Assembly (NCBI GenBank): GCA_964413735.1
Contig: CAYPSS010000001.1
Span: 246,149-309,697 of the forward strand
DNA: 63,549 bases
Source of the DNA: an uncultured Gammaproteobacteria bacterium
Lineage (GTDB): Bacteria; Patescibacteriota; Patescibacteriia; UBA11705
Reading direction: 5' to 3'
Shown here piece by piece: positions 55,424 to 63,549 of this stretch (its first letter is position 1; every line of letters begins with the position of its first letter). The notes beneath the pieces are model-generated. The model was not told the origin of the DNA. It saw nothing but the letters and a program-made list of their open reading frames with translations, and did not search any database. Made by a program: the position numbers and the translations under genes.

Positions 55424-55909
55424 ATGAAAGTTGCATTAAATAAATTAAAAACCAATCGTAATTCCCGTAAACCGGCGAAAAGAGTGGGGCGTGGTAATGC
55501 TTCAGGTAAAGGGACTTATTCGGCGCGCGGTTTGAAGGGACAACGTTCTCGTTCCGGTGGAAAAAAAGGTTTGAAAGCTAAGGGTTTTCGTCAAAACTTA
55601 TTGAATTTCCCAAAATTCAAAGGCATGAAAAGTGGACGTATGATCAATGAAATAAGTTTGGCGACTCTAAATAAACATTTTATTGATGGGGATCAAGTCA
55701 CCCCTCAAACATTGAAAGAAAAGGCGATTATCGCTAAAATTGAATTAGGGGTGAAAATCATTGCCACCGGTGAACTGACTAAGAAATTAGAAGTGTCAGA
55801 TTGCCGTGTTTCAGCCGGAGCGCAAAAAGTAATTGAGAAGCTTGGTGGTAAGGTGAACCTCCCGGCTGTTGCTGAAAAATCGGAAAAAAAGACCGTTGCT
55901 AAAAAATAA
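55424..55909 (+). CDS. rplO: 50S ribosomal protein L15
   Basis: RVGRGNASGKG..S.RG.KGQRSRSG; no L30 gene between rpsE and rplO. Confidence 0.96.
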   Translation: MKVALNKLKTNRNSRKPAKRVGRGNASGKGTYSARGLKGQRSRSGGKKGLKAKGFRQNLLNFPKFKGMKSGRMINEISLATLNKHFIDGDQVTPQTLKEKAIIAKIELGVKIIATGELTKKLEVSDCRVSAGAQKVIEKLGGKVNLPAVAEKSEKKTVAKK

Positions 55910-55920
55910 ATAAAAAACAC

Positions 55921-57192
55921 ATGTTAGATAAATTAATGCAAATTTGGAAGGTGCGTGATCTTCGTAACAGCATTTTATTTATTTTGGGCGTGTTGGTGAT
56001 TTTTCGTTTAGCGGCCCATATTCCTATCCCCGGAGTCAACATTGAAAATCTACGATTATATTTTCAATCCAATCAGATATTAGGTTTAATGAATTTATTT
56101 TCCGGTGGTGGGATGATGAATTTCTCAATTGTAATGCTTGGTGTGGCTCCATACATCACTTCATCCATTATTTTCCAATTATTGGGGATGATTATTCCCA
56201 AACTTGAAGAAATGATGAAGGAAGAGGGAGGACGACAAACAATCAATCGATATACCAGAATTGCCACTGTACCATTGGCTTTTTTACAAGCTTATGGCAT
56301 GATTGCGATTTTACAACGGTCACCTCAACCGATTATTGAAGCTACCGGTATTACCAGTTTAATTTTGATGATGTTAACAATTACTGCCGGAACAATTTTT
56401 TTGATGTGGCTTGGAGAATTGATTTCTGAAAAGAAAATCGGCAATGGTATTTCTTTGTTGATTTTTGCCGGGATTGTTTCCGGTATTCCTTCGGCTTTAC
56501 AACAAGTAGCTATTAATTTCAGTAAAGATCAATTGATAACTTTATTGGTGTTTGCAGCGGTGGCCGTCATTACCGTTGTTGGAGTGGTGATTATTACCGA
56601 AGGGCAACGTAACATTCCCGTTTCTTACGCTAAACAAGTGCGTGGTAATCGTATGTATGGCGGAACTAATACTCATTTACCTTTACGTGTGAATCAAGCT
56701 GGTGTTATTCCTATTATCTTTGCAATTTCAATTATTATGGTGCCTCCGATGCTCGGTCAGTTTATGATGCGAGCGCAAACAACTTTTATTGCTAATTTAG
56801 GAAATTGGATGAGCACGGTTTTCCAAGACAATATTGTGTATGGTATTTTATATTTTGTTTTAGTATTTGCATTCACTTATTTTTATACCGCTGTAATTTT
56901 TCATCCTACGCAAATTGCGGATAATCTTCAGAAATCCGGTGGATTTATCCCTGGAATCAGACCTGGTGAGCAAACCTCCGGTTATTTGCAAAATACAATT
57001 GGTAAAATTACTTTGTTTGGAGCCTTGTTTTTAGCTTTAATTGCGGTATTACCTTTAATAATGCAAAATGCCATGGGTATGCAATCTATGGTGATTGGCG
57101 GTACCAGTATTTTGATTGTGGTGAGTGTGGTAATTGAAATGATCAAGCAAATCAATTCTCAATTAACCATGCGTGAATACGATGAAATTTAA
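55921..57192 (+). CDS. secY: Preprotein translocase SecY
   Basis: LGVAPYITSSII, GNGISLLIFAGI, GVIPIIFA, FIPGIRPG. Confidence 0.98.
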   Translation: MLDKLMQIWKVRDLRNSILFILGVLVIFRLAAHIPIPGVNIENLRLYFQSNQILGLMNLFSGGGMMNFSIVMLGVAPYITSSIIFQLLGMIIPKLEEMMKEEGGRQTINRYTRIATVPLAFLQAYGMIAILQRSPQPIIEATGITSLILMMLTITAGTIFLMWLGELISEKKIGNGISLLIFAGIVSGIPSALQQVAINFSKDQLITLLVFAAVAVITVVGVVIITEGQRNIPVSYAKQVRGNRMYGGTNTHLPLRVNQAGVIPIIFAISIIMVPPMLGQFMMRAQTTFIANLGNWMSTVFQDNIVYGILYFVLVFAFTYFYTAVIFHPTQIADNLQKSGGFIPGIRPGEQTSGYLQNTIGKITLFGALFLALIAVLPLIMQNAMGMQSMVIGGTSILIVVSVVIEMIKQINSQLTMREYDEI

Positions 57193-57216
57193 TTAAAATT
57201 TTCAATTGAATATATT

Positions 57217-57245
57217 GAGCGCCGTTTCATTGCGAAGCGGCGTTT
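57217..57245 (+). terminator. Hairpin after secY
   Basis: cgccgtttc-attgc-gaagcggcg followed by tttt. Confidence 0.6.
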
Positions 57246-57296
57246 TGACTGAAATAAGAAATTTTGTTATATTTACAAGAGAAAATAAAGTAAATT

Positions 57297-57944
57297 ATGA
57301 AAAAAGCTTATATTTTGATGGGTCCGCCCGGTTCGGGTAAAGGTACGCAAGCGGAATTATTAGCGGAAAAAAAGAAATTGACATTGATTCAGCCGGGTGT
57401 GTATTTGCGAGCAGAGGCGGAGAAAAAAACAAAATTAGCAAAAAAAATTAAACGATTGATTTCTCGAGGTGATATAGTGCCTGGCGAATTGGTTGATCGT
57501 ATGGTTTTTAATGCTATTAATCAAACAGCAAACAATGTATTATTTGATGGTTATCCACGAACGCCCAAGCAATCAGAAAAATTGTTTGATTATTTAATGA
57601 AACATAAAGTAAAAGTATATTTTATTGAAATATATTTAAGTGATGAACAGATAATTGAAAGAATTAATGGCCGTCGTAGTTGTCAATGCGGTGAAACGTA
57701 TCATGTGAAATATAATCCGTCGAAAAAGAAAGGAATTTGTGATAAATGCGGATCGCATTTATATATCAGAACGGATTCTAAAAAATCGGTAATTATTAAA
57801 AGAATAAAAGTTTATTATCAGCAAACCGCACCGGTATTGCAATATTTCAAACAAAATAATAATGAGAATATTAAGTTTGTCTTTATTGATGGTGATAAAC
57901 CGATAAAGCAAGTTTTTAATGAAGTGATAAAAAGCATTCAATGA
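57297..57944 (+). CDS. adk: Adenylate kinase (Cys-type LID)
   Basis: GPPGSGKGTQA, DGYPRT, GRRSCQCG..CDKCG. Confidence 0.93.
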   Translation: MKKAYILMGPPGSGKGTQAELLAEKKKLTLIQPGVYLRAEAEKKTKLAKKIKRLISRGDIVPGELVDRMVFNAINQTANNVLFDGYPRTPKQSEKLFDYLMKHKVKVYFIEIYLSDEQIIERINGRRSCQCGETYHVKYNPSKKKGICDKCGSHLYIRTDSKKSVIIKRIKVYYQQTAPVLQYFKQNNNENIKFVFIDGDKPIKQVFNEVIKSIQ

Positions 57945-58705
57945 TTACTTATAAATCAAAAGAAGAAATTGAATTGTTGCGTCAAGGCGGTAAAATATTA
58001 CATCAAATATTACATCAAACCGCTGATTTGGTGCGTCCGGGAGTCAGTACTTGGGAATTAGATCAATACGCGGAGCAAGCAATTCTGAAAGCCGGTGGAA
58101 TTCCGGCATTTAAACATTACGGCCGGCCGCCTTATCCGGCGACTTTGTGTACTTCGGTAAATGATGAAGTGGTTCATGGTATTCCGACCAAAGATCGAAT
58201 TTTGCAAAATGGTGATATCATCAGCTTGGATATTGGGATGCGTTACCCGGCAGCGGGAGGATTGTATACAGATATGGCAATTACCGTTTCGGTGGGTGAA
58301 ATTGATAAAAAAACCGAAAAATTAATTGAGGTTACGCGTAAATCATTGGAAATGATCGCTGATAATATTGGACCGGGAGTTGATTGGCAATATGTGGCCG
58401 GGAAAATTCAGCGATATATTGAAGCACATGGTTTTGGGATTGTGCGTTCTTTGGTGGGGCATGGTGTGGGACATGAGGTGCATGAAGATCCTCAATTACC
58501 AAATTATGTGATCAATGATTATCACTTAATATTAAAGCCGGGTATGGTGTTGGCTTTTGAGCCTATGGTCACAATGGGAAATTATAATGTGAAAACTTTA
58601 GATGATGAATGGACTGTTAGTACTACTGACGGCTCATTTGCGGCCCATTTTGAACATACAATGGCAATTACTGAACAAGGGGTGATTGTGATTACCGAAG
58701 CATAA
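57941..58705 (+). CDS. map: Methionine aminopeptidase type I
   Basis: SVNDEVVHGIP, GHGVG..VHEDP, EPMV, AHFEHT. Confidence 0.96.
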   Translation: MITYKSKEEIELLRQGGKILHQILHQTADLVRPGVSTWELDQYAEQAILKAGGIPAFKHYGRPPYPATLCTSVNDEVVHGIPTKDRILQNGDIISLDIGMRYPAAGGLYTDMAITVSVGEIDKKTEKLIEVTRKSLEMIADNIGPGVDWQYVAGKIQRYIEAHGFGIVRSLVGHGVGHEVHEDPQLPNYVINDYHLILKPGMVLAFEPMVTMGNYNVKTLDDEWTVSTTDGSFAAHFEHTMAITEQGVIVITEA

Positions 58706-58707
58706 AT

Positions 58708-58968
58708 ATGAAAATTGAGAAGAAAATTTGGCCGAAATATTTTGATAAAATTATTAGTGGTGATAAAAATTTTGAATTGAGGTTGGCAGATTGGGAGTGT
58801 GTGCCAGGAGACGTTTTGGTGTTACGGGAGTGGAGTCCTGAAACAAATTTATATACCGGACGAGTGGTGGAAAAACAAGTAACCTATGTTTTGAAAACCA
58901 AAGATATTGATATGTGGCCGTATGAAGATGTTGTTAAATACGGTTATCAGATTATTTCTTTTAAATAA
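58708..58968 (+). CDS. DUF3850/ASCH-like protein
   Basis: KKIWPKYF..I.SG.K.FELR......GD.L.LREW...YTGR. Confidence 0.8.
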   Translation: MKIEKKIWPKYFDKIISGDKNFELRLADWECVPGDVLVLREWSPETNLYTGRVVEKQVTYVLKTKDIDMWPYEDVVKYGYQIISFK

Positions 58969-58969
58969 T

Positions 58970-59362
58970 ATGGTTTTTTTGGGGATTGATTGGGGCAAAG
59001 CAAAAATTGGTTTAGCTATTGGATCAGACGAAGTTAAAATCGCCAGTCCTTTTATAATTTTAAATTATAGAAATATCGAAGAATTGATTATGGAACTGAA
59101 ACAAATAATAAAATCTGAATCGATAGATGTCTTGGTTGTGGGACAACCATTTAGCTTGCAAGGTCAAAAATCCATGGCAAAAAATTATCAAGAATTTGTG
59201 GAAAAATTGAGAGCAATTAACAAACCGATTTATTTTGAGGATGAAAGATTATCAACCAAATATGCCGCTAGCGTTAAGAAACAATCCCAGAATTTCAAGA
59301 AAATTGGTGATGATGATGTGGCGGCAGCGGCTATTTTACAAACCTTTTTTGATCGTTTATGA
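58970..59362 (+). CDS. yqgF: YqgF/RuvX RNase H-fold nuclease
   Basis: LGIDWG..KIGLA, VVGQP, DERLST, DDVAA..IL. Confidence 0.9.
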   Translation: MVFLGIDWGKAKIGLAIGSDEVKIASPFIILNYRNIEELIMELKQIIKSESIDVLVVGQPFSLQGQKSMAKNYQEFVEKLRAINKPIYFEDERLSTKYAASVKKQSQNFKKIGDDDVAAAAILQTFFDRL

Positions 59363-60084
59363 ATAAGACCTTTCGAACAATAGGAATTGTATTAAACAAA
59401 AAAGACTGGCGGGAAGCGGACAGTCTTTTTACTATTTATACCGCGGGTTATGGTAAGTTGGATTTGGTGGCGGTTGGTTGTCGAAAAATAAAAAGTAAAT
59501 TAATGGGTCATTTATCATCTTATGGTCTGGTTGATGTTATGGTGGCTAAGAGTAAAAGGATTGATAAATTGGCAACCGCCCGTTTGGTGGAAAAATTTAA
59601 CTTTGATATTGAGACGGATTTTTATTATTTTAATTTTTTATTTGAAGTGTTGGATAAAGCGGTCGGGATTGGTCAAAAAGATTTGGCGTTATGGCAACTT
59701 TTATTAAATTGCATTAAGTGGTTTTCCGGTACAAAAAATAAAGCGGAAAAAAATATTGTGATGGCGTATTTTGTTATTCAACTGATTAAAGAAATTGGCT
59801 ATACCCCCGAATTACGCAAATGTGGGAAATGTGGTGTTGATATGGAAAAGGTACAATTTTTTTCTTTACTTGATAATGGCGTTATTTGTAATTCATGTAT
59901 TGGCGAAAAAATTTCATTACCCTCGGAGATGATAAGGATGTTTCAATATTTATTATCTAATAATTTAGATGATTTTACCAAACAATCATGGAAGAATTCG
60001 ACTATTGAAAAATTGATATTTTTTATTAAACAGTGGAGTGAATTTGTTTTGGAAAAACCGATTAATACATTTAAATTTATTTAA
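59359..60084 (+). CDS. recO: DNA repair protein RecO
   Basis: GIVL..KDWREAD....YT..YGK, C-terminal CxxC...CxxC. Confidence 0.9.
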   Translation: MNKTFRTIGIVLNKKDWREADSLFTIYTAGYGKLDLVAVGCRKIKSKLMGHLSSYGLVDVMVAKSKRIDKLATARLVEKFNFDIETDFYYFNFLFEVLDKAVGIGQKDLALWQLLLNCIKWFSGTKNKAEKNIVMAYFVIQLIKEIGYTPELRKCGKCGVDMEKVQFFSLLDNGVICNSCIGEKISLPSEMIRMFQYLLSNNLDDFTKQSWKNSTIEKLIFFIKQWSEFVLEKPINTFKFI

Positions 60085-60125
60085 ATAAAAAAGTCCATTT
60101 TGGACATTTTTTTATTTTAAATTAA

Positions 60126-61412
60126 TTAAAGAGATTGCAAGTTGTTTCCGGCAATTGCTCTGGCGATACGGTCTTCTAACATTTGGTAGCTTTCTTCATT
60201 TTTGAATAGCCCATATTTTTGCCAAACGGTTTCATTTTCAAAAAATTTATTGGGATAAATTTTGTATAGTGGTCGAAATTTTGCGGGAGTTAAATTAAAC
60301 ATTAATGAGTTTGCGCCGGCTTTCAAAGCTTGAATTCGAGCATTTTCACCTCCCAGTGTTTCGAGAGCAGTGGAAACCGGGATGCGAGCTTGTTTCATCA
60401 TTAAACGAATAATCGCCATACTTTTAATAGTTAAATCAACGGTTCCACCGGTTTGATTTTCCAGAGGTGTTTTAGGGGTAGGAATAAATGGTCCTACCGA
60501 AGCCATATGGGACCATTTTACAGTTTGTAAGATATCATTTGCAACATCTTCAATTGTTTGATTCGGCAAACCAATAATTGATCCAGTTGCCACAAAATAG
60601 CCTAGTTTATGCAAAAATTCTAGATGATTAAAGCGTTCCTCCCAATTTTTACCGGTAGGATGAATTTTTTCAAAAAGTGTTTGGTTAGCTGTTTCAAAAC
60701 GAAATAAAACGCCTGAAGCCCCGGACTGATATAATTGTTTATAACTATTAAAATCTCGTTCGCCGATACTTAAAATTAAAAAAACTTGGTGATCTTTTTT
60801 TATTTCCCGAACAATTTTCATTAAAATTTCGGTAGTATAAAATGGGTCTTGGCCTGATTGTAAGACTAATAATTTATAGCCTTTTTCGATAATGGCATGC
60901 TGAGCGATTCTAATAATTTCCTTCGGTGATAAACGATATCGAATCAATTCTTTGTTGTTATTATTTAATCCGCAATAATGACAATCATTGGTGCAATAAT
61001 TGGAAAATTCAATAATGCCATGAATGCAAATAAAGTCTTTGATATAAGTTCGACGGAGACTGTCCGCTTTTGTTAGTAAAGCTTGATGTTCTTCACCTGT
61101 TGTATTTAATAAATAAACAACTTCCTGTTTGGTTAGAATTCTTTGTTCGCTTTGTTCAATAATTTGTTGAAATTGTGGGCTTAATTTCAATAAATTAATT
61201 TTTGAAGGGGTATTTTCCAGCAAAGTTAAAATTTCATGGGCCTCATCAGCGGGGATTTTTCGTAGTGCCAGTTCATTGATATATAAAATCCAGTCATTGA
61301 CTTGTAAATCATTGATTAAAGAATTTTTAATTTTTTTTTCACCATTAAAAGTTTCAATAATAACATCAGTATTTTTTATTGCTTTAACTTTTGCCGGGAT
61401 GGTTAGACACAT
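60126..61412 (-). CDS. HypC-like domain fused to a HydE/BioB-like radical SAM enzyme
   Basis: N-terminus MCLTIPAKV (HypC signature); EFSNYCTNDCHYCGL CxxxCxxC; GANSLMFNLTP...YKIYPNK HydE-like C-terminus. Confidence 0.8.
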   Translation of the reverse strand: MCLTIPAKVKAIKNTDVIIETFNGEKKIKNSLINDLQVNDWILYINELALRKIPADEAHEILTLLENTPSKINLLKLSPQFQQIIEQSEQRILTKQEVVYLLNTTGEEHQALLTKADSLRRTYIKDFICIHGIIEFSNYCTNDCHYCGLNNNNKELIRYRLSPKEIIRIAQHAIIEKGYKLLVLQSGQDPFYTTEILMKIVREIKKDHQVFLILSIGERDFNSYKQLYQSGASGVLFRFETANQTLFEKIHPTGKNWEERFNHLEFLHKLGYFVATGSIIGLPNQTIEDVANDILQTVKWSHMASVGPFIPTPKTPLENQTGGTVDLTIKSMAIIRLMMKQARIPVSTALETLGGENARIQALKAGANSLMFNLTPAKFRPLYKIYPNKFFENETVWQKYGLFKNEESYQMLEDRIARAIAGNNLQSL

Positions 61413-61419
61413 AAAATTT

Positions 61420-62109
61420 TTAAGAAAAACGCCTTAAAAATTCTTCACGATTAATAGTCATCATTTTTATTGGACGATTCTCTGTAGAAAAATGTTCGGC
61501 TTTAATATTTTCAGGGACATCTTGTATTTGAAATCCAAATGATTCTAGCATTGTGCTAAATGTTTTTGTTGCTAAAACCCATGAAGTACCGGTTATGAAT
61601 TTTATGCTTTCATCACTTTTCATGATTTGTGCCAGTTTTTTCATCGCATCAATGAACAATCCAGGTAAGTTTTCTTTCACTGAATATGATGGTGCAAGAT
61701 GAAGATGAACTGAGTCTTGATGCTTACCATAAGAAATTCTTTCATTAAGTGGAATAAATCCGGCTGTTTCCATCCAAGCTTGAGCTTCAATGTCTTCAAA
61801 AAGTTTTGTTTTTGTCAGTTTTAGGGTAATAATTGGTTTGAGGGCAGTTGTCATACATTCCATAAATTGTTTTTTGTCAGTAATAGTAGTACATTTTTGA
61901 ATTTGAGTGGAAAAAGTTTCAGGCGTAATATTAGGTAATTCAGCCGCAATTGTTGGATGTGCTAATATTCTTGATATTCCTTCTATTGTTTTATTTATTC
62001 TAGAAGGATCGGTCTGTAATTCCATATATAGATGTTCGAGAGTCTGATCAATTTGATCCTGAATTTTTTGGGCTAAGGTTTTAATGGTTGGTGGTTGTTC
62101 GAAATTCAT
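61420..62109 (-). CDS. Hypothetical protein
   Basis: Long open frame, 7 nt from the radical SAM gene; probably co-transcribed. Confidence 0.72.
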   Translation of the reverse strand: MNFEQPPTIKTLAQKIQDQIDQTLEHLYMELQTDPSRINKTIEGISRILAHPTIAAELPNITPETFSTQIQKCTTITDKKQFMECMTTALKPIITLKLTKTKLFEDIEAQAWMETAGFIPLNERISYGKHQDSVHLHLAPSYSVKENLPGLFIDAMKKLAQIMKSDESIKFITGTSWVLATKTFSTMLESFGFQIQDVPENIKAEHFSTENRPIKMMTINREEFLRRFS

Positions 62110-62186
62110 AAAATTGTATTATTTGCATTATTATATTACTTTATTTTTAGATAAAAATCAAAAATTCACTTAACAGTGAAATTTTA

Positions 62187-62263
<77 letters not shown>

Positions 62264-62407
62264 AAAAAATATTTTATTGAAATAATGAGCTTATTGTATC
62301 TTAAATTATACGTAATTTCAATATGATCATTTGGTTTGACTTTTGATAGGGATTGTGATAAAAATTATTGTTGTACCTTTTATTTGTTCTCCTAAGAGGA
62401 GGAGAGG

Positions 62408-63274
62408 ATGAAAAAGTTAAATAATCCAATTACAATTAAATCTCGGTTGTTGGCAGAAATTGATAAAACTTTGGGTCGTTTGCAAAGAGCCGAAGTACAA
62501 GTACGGACTTTATGGAACAAAAATTATCAGCGTTTTTTGAAAGCCACTGAATTTTTAGCAAATGCTCGCAATAACAAAACCAAGGCTTTTGCCAGGGCGG
62601 CAGAAATTGTTCGGCAATGGCGTTTGCAAAGTGAAAATTTGACCAAGCGACGTGATCAATATCGTGATGATATTAATCTTTGGCAAGATAAAAAGAAACA
62701 AGTGGAAGTGGAGTTGTCAGTTTTGCATGCTCAGTTAGAATCTCAGATTCGTGAAACTGATGGAATTGTTGATCAGGTTTTTGCCTTGAATGATTCGGTG
62801 GTGCAGGCTTTGGAAAGTCGGGATGCTTATGTGAGTAATCATGTGTATAGCCGTTTGTTTGATGATAAAGGCCATTTGCGTTCGCAAGTAACGATTGATA
62901 GTGCTGATGGTTTGCGTCGGGTTGTAGCCATGGTTAATACCATTACCAAGATTGAACCGGTTTTGGCGGCTGAGGCTTTACGTTTGATTGAATCGTTTTT
63001 TGCTAAATACCAGCAACAGTCGGAAGTTGATGCGGTGATTCGTTCTTGGATTGAAATAACTTCGGCTTTGCTGATCGAAAAGGTCTCCTTTAAGGTGGGG
63101 CCGAATTTGTATCGTTTCTTGGGTGTAGATATTGATTCTGATTTGTTGCCAGAATTGGCTCAGGCTCAAATGTTGTTGCGTAAGAGTTTGCGCAGTGAAA
63201 AAACCAATACGTATTTGCGTTTATATTGCCGGACGTCGCGCGTGGATAGGTGGATGCCGGTGCGCGTCAGTTAA
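62408..63274 (+). CDS. Hypothetical protein with an N-terminal coiled coil
   Basis: TTGACT promoter, GAGGAGG RBS, helical Q/E/K/R-rich N-half, terminator 63281-63299. Confidence 0.78.
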   Translation: MKKLNNPITIKSRLLAEIDKTLGRLQRAEVQVRTLWNKNYQRFLKATEFLANARNNKTKAFARAAEIVRQWRLQSENLTKRRDQYRDDINLWQDKKKQVEVELSVLHAQLESQIRETDGIVDQVFALNDSVVQALESRDAYVSNHVYSRLFDDKGHLRSQVTIDSADGLRRVVAMVNTITKIEPVLAAEALRLIESFFAKYQQQSEVDAVIRSWIEITSALLIEKVSFKVGPNLYRFLGVDIDSDLLPELAQAQMLLRKSLRSEKTNTYLRLYCRTSRVDRWMPVRVS

Positions 63275-63337
63275 TTGATAATCGTGGGAATCCCACGATT
63301 TTTTTATACAAAAAAACATGAAAGAATCATGTTTTTA

Positions 63338-63414
63338 TGGTGGGCGACAAAAGAGTCGAACTTTTGACCTCATCGACGTCAACGATGCGCTCTAACCAAC
63401 TGAGCTAGCCGCCC
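63338..63414 (-). tRNA. tRNA-Val(GAC)
   Basis: Reverse complement GGGCGGCTAGCTCAGTTGGTTAGAGCGCATCGTTGACGTCGATGAGGTCAAAAGTTCGACTCTTTTGTCGCCCACCA. Confidence 0.96.
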
Positions 63415-63549
63415 TAAATATAAACTGAATAATGATGGCTAGCGAATGTCTACACCAACTGCCTGCCCCGTATACGACGAAGTCGTTATGCGGGGAGCTA
63501 GCCGCCCTAAATATAAACTGAATAATGATGGCTAGCGAATGTCTACACC
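63402..63549. repeat. 55-bp direct repeat (63402-63456 = 63495-63549, period 93) with the tRNA-Val 5' end plus upstream DNA, flanking a 38-bp hairpin insert
   Basis: gagctagccgccctaaatataaactgaataatgatggctagcgaatgtctacacc twice; ccccgtatacgac-gaa-gtcgttatgcgggg between the copies. Confidence 0.92.

Overview
AT-rich bacterial chromosome segment read in the standard genetic code, most consistent with a Patescibacteria/CPR (Parcubacteria-like) genome. This is an inference from the missing L30 between rpsE and rplO, the Shine-Dalgarno-poor housekeeping leaders and the extended ribosomal proteins. It starts and ends in tRNA-linked direct repeats, so it may be a whole assembly contig. Housekeeping content: tRNA-Pro(CGG), tRNA-Val(CAC), tRNA-Val(GAC), ndk, split comEC, a FemABX-type ligase, ruvA, a U32 protein, bcp, rlmN, a perR-ahpC-sod-nrdAB run encoding a class Ic (Phe in place of the radical Tyr) ribonucleotide reductase, uvrB/uvrA/uvrC, rpmB (missed by the ORF track), the str-S10-spc cluster through secY-adk-map, yqgF, recO, and a HypC-domain/HydE-like radical SAM fusion. 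The most striking unexplained structure is about 30 orphan genes interleaved among these. Most are built as self-contained cassettes: near-consensus sigma70 promoter, then a boxA-like leader motif (GTTCTTTAACAA-like), then a strong Shine-Dalgarno, the ORF and a hairpin that usually has a 3-nt loop. Three convergent junctions share a T-tract/GTAT/A-tract linker. Two promoter-to-terminator units with no convincing ORF are candidate small RNAs. No CRISPR array, integrase or transposase is visible.
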